A stretch of 64,000 bases of DNA. It comes from the human T2T-CHM13v2.0 reference genome, Homo sapiens. Shown in pieces: positions 1 to 14,957 of this stretch (position 1 is its first letter; every line of letters begins with the position of its first letter). Under the pieces are notes generated by a model. The model saw only the letters and a list, made by a program, of their open reading frames with translations, did no database searches and was not told the DNA's origin. Position numbers and translations under genes: made by a program. The stretch lies in the NCBI RefSeq assembly GCF_009914755.1, contig NC_060936.1. One strand, written 5' to 3'.

Positions 1-67
1 TGGGGGGGAAGATGTAACATTGGTCTCTTCTTTTCCTGCTTAATGTCTCTGTGTTCCTGGACTACAG

Positions 68-161
68 AAGCTGGTGGTGGAAAACATGGACATACTTGTT
101 CAGATCAGATCCAACTTTAGCAAGCCGGACTTGATGGCTTCCCTGCTGCCCCAGCTGACAG
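68..161 (+). CDS. NCKAP1L: NCKAP1L (HEM1) coding exon, 8th from last; [31 protein letters not shown]
   Basis: tacag| acceptor, G|gtaag donor; peptide recognised as NCKAP1/HEM family C-terminal region; phase consistent with next exon. Confidence 0.95.
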
Positions 162-300
162 GTAAGCATCCTCTTCCCCTATAGTGAGAAGGAGCTGTGG
201 AATCACATTGCAGATGACAGGGTTTTCAGGAATCTGGAGGCTAGGCGGGGTCTGTAGAATCAAAATCATCACCAATCCCTCTCTAAATTATCTTTTCTAA

Positions 301-522
<222 letters not shown>

Positions 523-649
523 TGAGCATTGAGAAGAGGGAGCGTAATTTGGCAGAGATCCTAGAAGATCCCTAGGAATAAATGAGCTTAGGAAACCTAG
601 AGGCATAAGGAGAGGGATGGCTTGGAAAGCTGGCTAGGTTCTTATCTAA

Positions 650-844
<195 letters not shown>

Positions 845-2152
845 TAGAATCTAATTAGGAGACTTTTGTTGTTGAAAAGGAGGTAGCTAGGATCTTGTAA
901 GGGAGAGCGGGTTCTGAAGAACACCATAGGGATAAGGGCGAGGGTTTGAATAGGAAAACTGGTCAGATGAATATTCTTGGAGAGAAAGAGCAGAGCTGGC
1001 AAGATGTAGGGGGATGGAGAGAAGTGGGAGGCTGGGAGACACTATGAGGGTTGGGGAGACATTACTGGAGGGGGAGGGGTAAGACCTAGGATAGTATCTG
1101 TAGGTTTTCACCTGATATGAGCACTGTGCAAATTAGATAAACTATGTGCAAACAAGTCCGCTCTTTAGTCTTGAGGTTAGGTACTGTTTATAGGAAGATT
1201 TGTTCCTTTCATTCCCACCCACCCTGCCTGCCCTCAGTCTTTTCTTTTCCTGGCCTTTTCTTCCTCCCATCCTTAAGCTTTCTGGTTCCTCTATGTCTGT
1301 TTCACCTGCCTCAGACCCCCATTTACTACAGGAGATGGTGAGAGGAAGAAGGGCTTCCACAGACAATATAAGTTAAGCATCCATTTCCCACCCATCTCCC
1401 ACCTTTGAGTCATCTTGTCTTTTGAATCATCTGGAACTAAGAAGTATGCTATGGCAGGAAATACAGCTAGAGCCTAGGAATAGAATCCTTCAAATGCATA
1501 GGGCAGGCTCCTTCTCTTATAATTGATTCCTTTAATGGAGAGTGGTCTGTGTTAAGAGGAAACTAGTTAGCAGGAAGAATTAAAGTTATGTGTTAAGAAA
1601 ATCTTCATTACTTTGAGATCAAAAGAGTTGTGAAATTTCCACCTCTATCTGCCTAAAATCATGAGGGGCAAGTGACTGTGGGGGCAGTGAGGGGGCAGTG
1701 TTTCACTAGGATAGCTGCCCCTCTTGAAAGATCTTTGATTTTAAGCTGAGCCTGGGTTTCTGGCACCTGCTGATGTTGGTCCAAATGCTCTAGGCTGTCA
1801 GGAGCTTGTCTAGCTGATATCTCCTGGGTAGCTCCAATCTTTAGGCTCTGCCTGCCTGTGAAAATAAGCAGGTAGGGGCAGAGAGGGAGGATGGCCTGTC
1901 CATCAGAGATGCTGTTACTGCCTCAGAGGAGCAAGAAGATTAGAAGAAGAAAAGATAAAATCCCTTCAACCATCCCTTTCTTCCTCCAGAAAACCTCATG
2001 AACCAGGTTCCTTATCTCTGAGGCCGTGGTTCCACAAACGGTCATTTAGGTAGTAGGGGATTTAAATAAGGGCAGAACAGAAGGTGGCAAAGATTTGGCT
2101 TCTGTATCAGTACCACAGCAAAGTGTGTGTATGTTGGTATGTCTGTGGGATT

Positions 2153-2445
2153 CTTTTTTTTTTTCTTGAGACAGAGTCTCGCTGTGTTGCCCAGTGCTGG
2201 AGTGCGATCTCAGCTCACTGCAACCTCTACCTCCTGGATTCAGGCAATTCTCATGCATCAGCCCCCCGAGTTCCTCCTGGAACTTCAGGTTCATGCCACC
2301 ACACCTGGCTAATTTTTGTATTTTTAGTAAAGACAGGGTTTCACCAGGTTGGCCAGGCTTGTCTCCAACTCCTGGACTCAAGTGATCCGCCCACCTTGGC
2401 CTCCCAAAGTGCTGGGATTACAGGCATGAGCCATTGCTCTGGCCA
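2153..2445 (-). mobile_element. Alu, full length, with target-site duplication gtctgtgggatt
   Basis: polyT head, Alu body; TSD at 2141-2152 and 2446-2457. Confidence 0.95.
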
Positions 2446-2619
2446 GTCTGTGGGATTACTTGCATAAGATACTTAGTTGTCCAGTATTAAAACAATTATC
2501 CTTGTTCTTTCAAAAAACATTTTTTTAAATCTAAAAAGGGGTCTAGGTACTTAGTATGGGAGTAGGGGCTTGGGGCTGTGTCCTGGGAACCTGATTGTAA
2601 GTACAATGAGACATTCAGG

Positions 2620-2960
2620 TATCAATCAATCAATATTTATTGAATGCCTTCTATGTGCTCAGCATTATGTTAAACACTAGAGAAGGTAAAGAGAAATGCA
2701 AAACTCCTGACTTTAAGATAAAGGAAGAGGATGTAAAGGCATCACATTTTCTCTGTTAGTCACTAGGGTCGATGTGTGGTCTAATTTAATCTTCACAACA
2801 ACTATGTGAGGTAAATGTTATTATGCCAGTTTTATAGATGGGAAAATGAGGGATCAAAGAGGTTAAGTAACTTTTAGTCAAGGTCACACACTTAATAAGT
2901 GGTGTTGCTAGGACTTGAACCCAGATCTGTCTCACTCCAAAGCTTTTTGCTCCCTTCACT
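2620..2960. mobile_element. L2 3' fragment followed by MIR
   Basis: caatatttattgaatgcc (L2 tail); gaggtaaatgttattatgccagttttatagatggg...aaggtcacac...ggacttgaacccagatctg (MIR core). Confidence 0.65.
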
Positions 2961-3375
2961 ATGCCATGAGGTTTTAAAAAGCTATCTATTTGGCAAGATA
3001 AGGAGATGAGTCTTGCATTCCATCTAAAAAGATAACTAACACCAGATGCTGTGTGTGATCAATGCTAAGTCAGTGGTACCAACGTAAGGAGGGAAGAGCT
3101 GGCTTTGGGCTGAAGTAATCAGGTAGCGCTTTACAGAGAAGATGAGATCTAAGGGATGGACGTAACAGATATAAATAGAGGAGAGAAAAGGACCCTCAAA
3201 AGAGGGAAGCACCTGAACCAGAGTATGAGAGAGGAAGTTGTAGTTTGGGGACAGTGAATAAATTATCCTGGCAGCACCGAATAAAGGAAGTATTTAGGAA
3301 AATGAAGTTGAAAAAGTAAATTTGTACGATGGAGTGTCCCAAAGGGTTATTTTCCCTGTAGGATAGGGAGAGCTA

Positions 3376-3584
<209 letters not shown>

Positions 3585-3680
3585 TTAAACCTGTGATCCA
3601 AAAGTCCTGGCTATGCATTCCTTCTGTCAAGCCATTGTGTCCTGCGAATCCTCTCTAGAATGTTATTTTCTTCTCTCCAG

Positions 3681-3774
3681 GTGACCTTGAGTATCTTTGA
3701 GCTGGCATCTGCTGCAGGTGTGGGCTGTGACATTGACCCAGCCTTGGTGGCTGCCATTGCTAATCTGAAAGCTG
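3681..3774 (+). CDS. NCKAP1L: NCKAP1L coding exon; [31 protein letters not shown]
   Basis: ctccag| ... G|gtaag; overlaps ORF 3660..3902. Confidence 0.95.
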
Positions 3775-3951
3775 GTAAGATTGGGGAAAGGGGGCGAGAT
3801 TTGGGAAAGGAGGGCTTGGGCCTTATTTTGGGTGAAAAAATGTCAATGTCAAAGAAGCCTTTATTTGAGATTATATATTCAGAGGATATAAGCTGGGAGT
3901 GAAGGAAGGACCCTAACCTTCAGAAAATACTTACATAGGCGATTTAGATTT

Positions 3952-4007
3952 ATCCTCAGGTTTCAACTAGTTGATCTACATCCTCAGGTTCCAACTAGTT
4001 GATCTAC
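3952..4007. repeat. 28-bp tandem duplication with palindromic core
   Basis: atcctcaggtt(t/c)caactagttgatctac x2. Confidence 0.95.
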
Positions 4008-4649
4008 CGGTCAGCTAAAAAGTACTAAGTGAGAGTCTGTTTGGTGCTCTGCAAGTGCTCAAAGGCATTTACAATCTGGTTGGGAAAATAAATTAATGCA
4101 AATGAAACAATGAGAGAACAATACAAAATAGTGGGTTGTGTGGTATAGCACCCAAATTCCCCATAGTGATTTTGTGCTTTCTCCCTCCACATAATCACCT
4201 TGACACTGTTTATTTCTTCCCATCTCACACTTAACACTTTTATTTTCCATTACACATTTCCTCTGATTTCAGTCATACCTATACACACTCAGAACAGGAT
4301 GAACCAAGGGGCTAGGATTAAGGCCTTTCAAAATGGCCAGACTTACCCTTCTTCTTCTCTCATGGTGGGTGAGAACCTTTTGTCTTCTTTCTGCCTCTCC
4401 ATCCTATCAGGCAGTGGACAGGCATCCTAGGGTTGCATTGTACATCAGCAGAGCCCTTGGCTGAAAGTTCTGCCCTGTTGCCAGGGAGGCCTCCAGGACT
4501 CAGGCCCTTCACTATAGGTGGATGCTAGTCCTGTTTCTTCAGGAAAATTAAGTAATAACTTGCCCATAGGCTTTATAAAGTGTTTTCATGGATATTTTCT
4601 CCTGCGATCCTCACAGCAATTCTGTGAAGTAGACCCCTGTAACAGATAA

Positions 4650-4826
<177 letters not shown>

Positions 4827-4953
4827 TAAGGGGTAGGTTTGAGACACCAGTGCTATTCAAGTTAGTGTCCTGGGGTAGAGAGAGGAGACAGAGATACTGG
4901 AAAATATAGACTTCTGACTTGGGTGTAAAGTTCTGTTTCAAAAAGCACTTGAA

Positions 4954-5349
<396 letters not shown>

Positions 5350-5517
5350 TCATAGGAATATCCTGCCTCTAATCTCAAAATGCCTTCTCATCCTTTTGGT
5401 GTCAAATACTGGTGGCTCAGCCTGAAAACATGAGAAATTACTAGTTTGGGTCATCCTGGAGTGGCTTACTTTGTCATTTCCTCTTTTTTCTCTCCATCTA
5501 TATCAATAATAACCTAG

Positions 5518-5627
5518 GTTACAACAACAATATTCATTGCTTGACCAAAGCCATCATCCAGGTGTCTGCTGCCCTCTTCACGCTCTACAACAAGAACATT
5601 GAAACTCACCTCAAGGAATTTCTGGTG
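5518..5627 (+). CDS. NCKAP1L: NCKAP1L coding exon; [37 protein letters not shown]
   Basis: cctag| ... GTG|gtgag; conserved NNIHCL motif of HEM family. Confidence 0.95.
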
Positions 5628-6009
5628 GTGAGTGGGTCTAGGTTATAAAGAATGGAAGATTGCAAAGGGCTGGAATTGGTTTGACTTAAATCTGTAGACA
5701 ATTATCGTTGAACAGGCTTTTGAGTCTAACTTCCCACCTAATTCATTCAGTAAAGAGTGAGAAGCTACTATGTGAAAGGCAAGAGTTTCTTCTAAATTTC
5801 CTAACAGCTGGTGTTTCAGCCTCTGCTTGAATATTTGGAAAGATCATTGGACAAAGAGTCAGAAAATCTGAGTTCTGATTTTTGATCTGCCATTAAGTAG
5901 TTGTGTGACCTCTGAAGTGCCAAGATTTTGGGGCCACGGTATTTTCATATATAAAACAGTGAGATTAAACTGAACCCATGAATTCAGATTAAACCGAATC
6001 CATGAACCT

Positions 6010-6360
6010 TGGTATGCATCAGAATATCTTGGGGAGCTTGTTAAAATACAGATTCCTGATCTTTACACCAGACCTACTGAGTTAGAATATTGTAGGGTAA
6101 ATCTAGGCCTCTGTGTTTTTAATAAGGCCTCTGGGAGATCAGATGCACATTCAAGTTGTAGAGACACTGAGTTTTATCATCTCTAAGGCCCTTTCTAACT
6201 CTGTATGGACAAATGATCAATGACTACTTCTCAAACTTTAATGTAAATCAGAATCACCTGGAGAGTTTCTACCTTAGTAGATTAGGGTGGGGCTGAATAA
6301 TGTGCATTTCTGTTCCCAGGTAATCTTGATGCTGCTTGTCTGGGGATCTCACTAGAACCA
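6010..6360. mobile_element. Two MER5-like hAT-Charlie DNA transposon remnants
   Basis: catcagaat..ggggagcttgttaaaatacagattcctg; ttctcaaactttaatg..cagaatcacctggag..ggtggggc..tgcatttct..ccaggtaat..tgatgctgct. Confidence 0.65.
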
Positions 6361-7427
6361 ATGGTCTAGATTTCTAGGGACTGGAACTTAAAACTAGGCA
6401 GCAGATTCCACTGTAGGTCATATCCAATTTCTTAAAAAAAATGTTAAAAATTTTAGCCAAAATTTGACTTCCTGTAACTCTCACCATGGATCTTAGTTTT
6501 GCCTCTGGGAAAACTCAGAACAAATACAATAGGCCCTAGAATTTTCCATTCTAAATCCTCCATGGAGGAATTTTGTTCATATACTTCTGATACATGGTCC
6601 ATTCCCCTCTGCCTGCTTGAGCATTCTCAGTAACAAAGAGCTTATTTCTTTGCAAAGTATGGTCCCGATATAAGAACCAGGGCCTCATCTGTCTCCTTCC
6701 AGGAGGAAACACAGCGGATCATATTGTTCTCTCAGGAATTATACCCTCATTCTGAGAAGTACATGTCAGGGATCATAAGATTGGTTGGTGTGTCTCTATT
6801 TAAGCTGAGGCACCCAACCAGATAGACCTGGCTCTCAGCATCTTAAATGCAAAGAGGATTCACACCAGATCTCTGAGAAGGGGTGAGAAGGGAATCCCCC
6901 ACCCTTGCCTTCCCTTTTATCCTCTGTTTGCTAAATGCAGGTCACCTGGGCCTGGGATACAATGAATCATGTTTCTTCTTTGATCCTTTGGGGGTTTGGG
7001 GATGATGGAGATGACAGCCATTTGGGAATTGACTGGAGAATACCACGAGCAAGAGCTGTGTCTGAATCAGAGGCTCACTGCCTCTAGTCAGATAGGGAGT
7101 CAGCCATAAACAGCCTGATGACAGTGGTGTCTGGAGGCTGCCTAGGAAAAGAGAGGTTAATCTCCTGGCATACATCACCTGCCTTTGCTCTAGGTTGTTT
7201 CCCTGCCCCTTGCAATCTCTCCCCTAGCACTCCTGGCAACCTGTTGTCTGCACTGGGAGGTCAGTGAGATCCAGGCTGGCTTATAGGCAACATGTATCTC
7301 TGAAACCTAGGAGATTTGCCACTTTCCCACCCTGAGTCTTCAGGAACATTCTAGCACTTCTTAACTCTCTCCTTGATCTTTTCTTAACTTCCTGCAGCCT
7401 GAGGCCATTTGATACTGACCTGTATAA

Positions 7428-7571
<144 letters not shown>

Positions 7572-10500
7572 TGAGAACAGGGAATGGAAGGGCCAGAGGG
7601 AGACTTCTGTTTAGGGTCTTTGCATCCTTGCCATTCTTGTCACCCAAAAGCATTAACTAAGGACTTAACTCTGCATAACCCTCTGAATGTAGTCCTCACA
7701 TTCTGATTAACATTCTAAACTTGTCCTATAATCCCAGAGTAGAGTCTTCAAGGACTTCTGCAAGACAGGGCCTTCCTGGCCCCTAAGCTGGCTGGGCCCA
7801 TGTCCTGCAATGTTCCCGAGTCTGATCTGATAGGGCAGCTGTGCCCCTTATTGGTAATTACCTGTCCAGTACATGTTTGGTTTCACTTGACAATTTTCTA
7901 CCACTGCATTTCTTGTTTTTAAGAGTACTATGAAAAGAGTGCTGGATAACACAGAGCTGAACTCAGAGGTTGAGGGGTGGGGGCTCAGAGGAGGGAAAGG
8001 ATTTTAGCTAAAAAGCTCTAAGGCAGGGAGCCTGGTGGGCCATGAATCAGGCAGCTCCTGCTGTCTCTTCTCCTTGCTTCCCAAGCTGTGGGCTTCTCTC
8101 TACTCTGGCAGAAAGTTTTGGGAACTCTGACTCAGTTAACTTTAAAAGTTTTTTTCCTCATGGCCCTGTTTCCCTCTTCAACACTCTTACTCACTCTTTT
8201 GCTCTGATTCTCCATGTTAGTAATGCACTTAGGTATGGACAGGAAGGGCTTTTGCCCTGGGCCCAGTGTTTAAAAGGCCCTCCTTGAGCCTTCCTCTAGT
8301 AGAGTGTTCTGGGGCCCTCCTCTGGCCAATGGGAAGAGGTAGAGCCTGTACCCCACCTTGAGGCCCATACGAGAGATATCTGGGGCCCCAGAATATTTTG
8401 CTAAGTAGCTTCAGCCCACTTGTAGGGCCTGTGTTAAACTTCTTCCTACTGAGGCGGACCATCCTACTGGTGGATATACCTCTAGTGCCCAAGGGACGTG
8501 TGGCTGGAGTTTAGATATGCAGATAAGGAAGTCTACAAGTGCACACAAAATCCCTCTAACTGAGGGTGGGAGGAGAAGGGGGACTGGGCTGGAAGCTTGT
8601 TTCTTCCCTTCACCCTGTTCTGGTGCAGAACTTGGAGGAGCCCAAAAATTCTTAATTCAAACCTGGGCTTCCATAAGACTACAAATGTACATTGTGAAGG
8701 TTGAAAGCTAGAATATACTAGTTTGTTAGCTTGATTTAATTAGTCATGTGGTATGTGGACCTCCATCTGTATTCTTGTCCGAGGCCCAGAAATGCTAGGG
8801 GCCAGGGATTCCTGGGATTCCCTCCAGGTCTCCTTCTTGAAATACACAGGCACTGAGTGATATTTATGCCTTAGTTTCTCCAACTAGAAAAAGGCCTAGG
8901 CTGGGCTGGTTAAGGATTATGAGAGAGAGGAGAATGGACTTGGGGGTGGATGTATTTGTGTGGGATGTGTTTGGTGAGGCAAGAGGGCAGAGGAGGTAGA
9001 TGAGGGGAGAGTGAGGGCAGTGCCCATGGTGGTGGGCTATGTGGGGGCACAATACATAGAGCAGCAGCATGGCCTTGGCAAGGCAATGAACTCTTCTGAG
9101 ACTTCGGCTCTCTATCCATAAAAGTGGGTAATAATCCTTATGATAGAGTGGTTAGAATCCGTAAGGTATTATGCGTGAAAGTGCCTAGTACATAGTAGAT
9201 GCTCAGCAAATGTTAGTTCCTGCTGTCTGCAGCTCATTTTAGGTTCTGGATTACTTTGGCATGACTCTTCACTTCCTCAGGTAGTTTTCACCCCTGTCAG
9301 GTTGGAGGTGATTCTGTATTACCCACCTGTATTCTTACCTCCTTCTGCTTAGACCCCTTCCAACACCCCAAAATGTGGAAAGTGTTTGCCCCTGTGGCCT
9401 TCCAATGAAGCCAACAGAGTGACGGGAACAGAGCTAGGATCAGGTACTTTTTGTTGGAGGGAGAAACTAGAGGGACTAGTTGCTGTGAAGCAATTTAAAT
9501 GCAAATGTTTCCACAGAGAAATTGGAAATGACCGAAGGTGAAGGAGCTGTATTCTGAGTTAAGAGGCTACTCATGTAGCCTCAAATTCTGACCAGCACTT
9601 CTGTCCCCAGAGTCTTTCTGTTTTGGCTGTCAAGCCTGGGCCATGCCTGCACCTCAGTGTTGCCAGTCTGTTCCTGGCACAGGTTTCCTGGGGAAAGACA
9701 TGGCTCTTATAGAATCATGGAATCCTAGATGCCAGAACCAGACCAGATCCTGGCAATTAGTCCAGTACTTACAAGTCATAAAGATGAGGAAACTGAAGAA
9801 TAGGGAGGGAAAGATGACAATCAAGGTCTCCCCTAAAATATATGGCAGATTTGGGACTAGAACCCAAGTTTCTTGGCCATCACTCTAGGGCTGTTTCCAC
9901 TCCCGTAAACTTCTGCCACTTGGGAGCCCTGTTATTTTCTTGTGCTTTATGGAGAATAGAAAGTCTTGGGCCAGTGGATTTGCTTGAAGTCATTATTCAT
10001 TTCCCTGTACCTGAGGATAGCACCTTGGAGAAGACAGCTCATCTCTTTCCCAGCTGAGGGCTTGAAAGTCTTGCCTAGCAAGAAATTCTTTGATATTTAA
10101 CCTATCATCAGGGCTGCAGTTTTACCAGCAGATTTCCCTTCCTTCAGCCTGCAGTTTCTGCTCTTTTGCAGCTGTTGTGTGTGCATGTGTTTGAGAATAG
10201 GAAAATCTTACACATTTTAAAACTTGAAAGGACTTCAGAGAGAGAAACACGTTAGAGTAGATATGGTAGATTCTCTTTCCTTAGTGAATTTTCAGGACTT
10301 GGAGTACCAGATATATTGTGGAGAACCCATCTGTGTGAATTGCCAGAGGATATGGGACACCTCTCCAGAGTGTGTTTTTTAGTCTCATTACCTCTTGGAT
10401 AAGGAAGGCACTGAAGGAAATACACCCTGCTCCTTCCTCAGGGATGGGGACCCTCCAGTCCACCGCTAGGCTATGCTGCTCTTCATGAACATGCCCTGTC

Positions 10501-11046
10501 CACCCACCTCCCCCTCTTCACCCTCACCCCCACTCTCATTCTTCTCCGGGCATCTTGATCTATCTTCCTGCTTGGCTGTGGGGGCTGCTGGGATTACCGC
10601 AGCACACAGGCTTCTAATTAAACTAATTAATCATGCCTGCTCCTTTATGCGGCATCCTTACTGTTCCCCAAGCACTGTACTGAGAGAGGGAGGAGACTGA
10701 GGCCCAACACAAGAGGACCCATGTGGATTCCAGGCCCCCTTCCGTGGCCTGCAGTGGTGTTTGTTTCTCTTGCTGCAAAGCTTTGTAATTAGCACTTTTA
10801 TACATCTTTACCTGCATCTGTGTGCTGCCCACCCACATGTGATTTAGCATCCAGAATGGGAGAGAATGGGTTTTGCTGCACTGGGAAAGTGGTTCTCTCC
10901 TGCTGTCTGCTTCTGTGCCCTTCACATAGTCCTGATGAGGGGGTCAGGGTCAATGATAATGGAGCTGAAGATGCCACATTGCCTTCCTGCAGCCAAACCA
11001 AGTGAGGGAAGAGGGGGGTGTGATTTGGAACCCTGTTCACTTGTAA

Positions 11047-11259
<213 letters not shown>

Positions 11260-11653
11260 ATGCCTGCCAGTACCCACTGAAGAGCCCTTTGGACCTTCCT
11301 AAACCCTTGCCATAGTGGAAGCTGTGGTCACTTTCGCAGGGGGTGGGAATGGGGTGGGGTCACTAAGGAGAGAGGGTCAGGAGCCAGAGTTGATGAGCAG
11401 ATCTGTGGAAGAACAATCCAGGGCTGAGAAATCGTAGAGCAGTGAGGCAGGCTGGGAGCATGGAGGACAGCTTATGGAAAAAGTTAGGGCGTGGGGCCAC
11501 ATGTGTGAATTTTACAATGAAAAAAGGAGTAACGTACAAGTATATTTTCTATCTTCTGGTGACTTGAGCTTGAGCTCTGACAGGCATGGGCCTCTCCGAC
11601 CTTCATCACTATTCTTAGGATAATGCTGGCGGGCAGAGATGATCAATCATCAT

Positions 11654-11659
11654 ATTAAA
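11654..11659 (+). terminator. NCKAP1L: Candidate proximal polyA signal (ATTAAA) for NCKAP1L
   Basis: First strong PAS variant noticed after the stop codon (~400 nt); use not provable from sequence. Confidence 0.5.
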
Positions 11660-12999
11660 TCATAATGAGCTTATAATCCTCCCACTGGAGCTGCTATTGT
11701 CTCCTGCACATTCATTAGGACCATTATCTTCTCTCTTCCTTTTTCAAATGTGTTCAGCAAACATTCAACCTGCTCCTACTGCAGAGTAGCAGCAAAGGAG
11801 CCCCTCTTTTCCTTTGTGGGGCTCTTCGAGGGGTCATTGGGTCTCTTCCTTTGCCCCCAGCTTGACTGCGTTTCCTACTGGGGCAAGGAGGAAGTGCCCT
11901 TCAGAGATGTTCACTGCCCACCTACTCTACTACATTGTTTGTTACAAGTTCTCTCTTGCTTTAACCCCTCCTGCTTTGATATCTCCACAACCCAGAGCAG
12001 AGGGTCAGTTAGTCTCCGTCAATTCTAGGTTACATGACAACTGATTGGCCCAGACTTAGGTGGGTTTTCCCTCCTGTACCATTTGGGGGTACTCTGCCTT
12101 TTATTGGGAGGGACTAATTTAACCCCAAATCCTTTTGTCAGCCTGGGTACAGCTGTTGCTCCAGGAAGGGATTTCTCTTCTGGATCTTAAATTTCACAGA
12201 CCTCATTAGGTTGTATGGCCCTGAGAGTGGGTATCCTTGAGGGAGTACAAGCTGTTTCAACTTAGCCCTTTTCTGCGCTAATTAGAATTTCAAGCGTCAC
12301 AGAGCCTGGGGGCTTTCAAGATAGCACTAAACTAGGTTTACTTAACTCCTTGGCAGGAAATAGTGGCCCCCATGCATCACTTCTGTGAATCCACTGCCAG
12401 GGAGAAGTGGAGAAACAGATCATATATGTCACAGGTCTAGAGTGGTTGGAATTGACAAATATAATTAGCTAGTTGGTTAATTAGGGTCATGTCCATACTT
12501 TCATGATGAAAGGGAAGCAGTTGTCGGTTTTCAGCAAAAACGATTCAGCCTTCCTGAAGCCTATTTGATAGCTGTTTTGGGGTTTTGTACAGGTGTTTGC
12601 TTTTTATTTCTTGAGACCCAGGCTTAGTCAATACTTTCTTAACTTGGCACCCATAATCAACATACAGATTTTTCTTAGCAACAGTTGTCTGCTCTTTAGG
12701 GTGGAAGCGATAGAGAATCCTGCTTCGTGCATCAGCAAATCCTCCTTCCTTGCTATGGGAAGGGCTTATGTTCTAAAGGGTGATTCAGTGTCAGGCTTAT
12801 GAGACTGAGAGTAAAGTTGATGAGGAAGAGAAGGCTCAGAAGTATCTGAACAACTACTCTATATGTTTATATTTTTCTGCTTGAGGGGATAGAGATCCCT
12901 CCTCCATCTGCATCTGCATATAGAACTGCTTAAGAGGACAGCAAGACAAGTTGCTGCAGGGGGATGGAGGGTAGACAGAATGCCTTTTTTTAAAACTGA

Positions 13000-13760
13000 A
13001 AATTTTATTGAGATACTTAATCCACCTGCACTTGTAAGAAATCATACAGAGAAATTCTATTTTCCTTTACACAGTTTCCCTGAATGCTAACATCTAGCAA
13101 AACTGTAGTACACTGCCACAACCAGGATAACTGACATTGATATAATCTACTGATCTTGTTCAGATTTCCTTCCCCAGTTTTGCTTATGTTCATTTCTCTC
13201 TGTGTGTGCACGTGTGTGTGTTATCTATTTCTATACAGCTTTATCATGTGTAGGTTTGTGTATCTGCCACTGCAGTCAACATACAGAACAGGCCGGGCGC
13301 AGTGGCTCACGCCTGTAATCCCAGCACTTTGGGAGGCCAAGGCAGGTGGATCACCTGAGGTCAGGGGTTTGAGAGCAGCCTGGCCAATATAGTGAAACAC
13401 CGTCTCTACTAAAAATACCAAAACTAGCCGGGCGTGGTGGTGCATGCCTGTAGTCCCACTACTCAGGAGGCTGAGGCAGCAGAATAACTTGATCCCGGGA
13501 GGCGGAGGTTGCAGTAAGCTAAGATCCTGCCACAGCATTCCAGGCTGAGTGACAGAGCGAGACTCTGTCTCAAAAAATAAATAATAATTTAAAAAAAGAT
13601 ACAGAACAGTTCCATCACCACAAGGATCCCTCGCATTGCTCTTTTATAGCAATTTTATAGCAATTTTCTCCTCCCACAACCCCCTTCCCCATCTCTAGCT
13701 CCTGGTAACACAGATATATTCTCTATTTCTAAAATTTTGTCATTTGATATATCTTTTTGT
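13000..13760 (-). mobile_element. Old L1 (L1MC-like) 3' fragment interrupted by an Alu
   Basis: ttttattgagata...cagtttccc..aatgctaacatc..gcaaaactgtagta...acaaccaggata..gacattgata. Confidence 0.6.
13291..13598 (+). mobile_element. Alu (AluS-like) with TSD atacagaaca
   Basis: ggccgggcgcagtggctcacgcc...; TSD on both flanks. Confidence 0.95.
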
Positions 13761-14522
13761 AAACATATAATTATACACACATATTTCTCTACCACTTATA
13801 CTTTTTCAAAGTGCTTTCACATCCTTATAGCAATTCTGCAAGGTAGCCAGGGAAGGCTTTCCTATTTCAGGTCAGAAAACAGATTTAGAAATATTAAATG
13901 ACTTAATGAAGGTCACATGTTTAGCAGTAGAACTAGAACTGGGACCCAAGTCTGATGTTCAGTCCTAGACCTTTTCTACTTGCCCGGTCTGCCTCTTCAC
14001 AAGGGAAGACTTGGGTTTTAGAATCCAGAGACCTTAGAAGGAGCAAATTGGAGAAGGTGAGGACATGATGGCCTTTACTACCGGAAGCAAAAAGTGAATG
14101 TCCAGAGGTGAAGGGACAGAGAAGTAACAGGACCCATCAGCATTTCAGGCAATTTGCTTCCTTTACCAGGAGGGTCTCTGTCCTCTTACAACCTGGGAAA
14201 AAATAAGTTGTGTCCCAGGTTGTAAGTTTGCTTTACTTAGGCCCAAAGGAACTAAAGAATGGATATCAGAAATCTCACCCCAATTGTTTTGTCTTACAGG
14301 CACAGAATAGGTTCTAGCCTCAGCATTTTCATTAATGTAGTGTTTTTATTAACATCTCCATTAACTTGCTTGCAGCAATGAGATGGAATTATGCCTCCCA
14401 CAAGGCCTGGGGCAAGATACTTGCATAGGTGCCCCCTTTTGTTTGGACAGTAGAAACACTGCCTCCCCTGCCATGGTGTTCAATCCAGTTGGCAGGTGGG
14501 CCAGCTTCAAAGTGCAGAAGGA

Positions 14523-14957
14523 ACTGGGTGTGGTGGCTCACCCCTGTAATCCCAGCACTTTGGGAGGCAGGCGGATCGCTTGAACTCAGGAGTTTGAGAC
14601 CACTCTGGGCAACACAGTGAAACCCTGTCTCTCCAAAAATACAAAAAATTAGCTGGGCATGGTGGCTGTTGTCTGTAATCCCAACACTTTGGGAGGCTGA
14701 GGCCAGTGGATCTCTTGAGCTAAGGAGGTTAAGACCAGCCTGGTCAACATGGCGAACTCCGTCTCTACAAAAAAATACGAAAATTAGCTGGGCGTAGTAG
14801 TTCCTGCCTGTAGTCCTAGCTACTTGGAAGGCTGAGGTGGGGAGGATCGCTTGAGTCCGGGAGGCAGAGGTTGCAGTGAGCGAAGATGATGCCATTGCAC
14901 TCCAGTCTGGGTGACAGAGCAAGATCCTGTCTCACAAAAAAAAAAAAAAAAAAAAAA
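14523..14957 (+). mobile_element. Trimeric Alu (left-left-right)
   Basis: Two left monomers each with A-rich linker, then right monomer and polyA; TSD tgcagaagg at 14513 and 14958. Confidence 0.9.

Noticed and set aside
8190-8810. GGGCCC-rich stretch resembling a hAT-Tip100 remnant
   Set aside because: Could not identify terminal inverted repeats or a family with confidence
14389-14922. 177-aa ORF and other similar ORFs (2084, 13221, 38279 and others)
   Set aside because: Translations of Alu sequence
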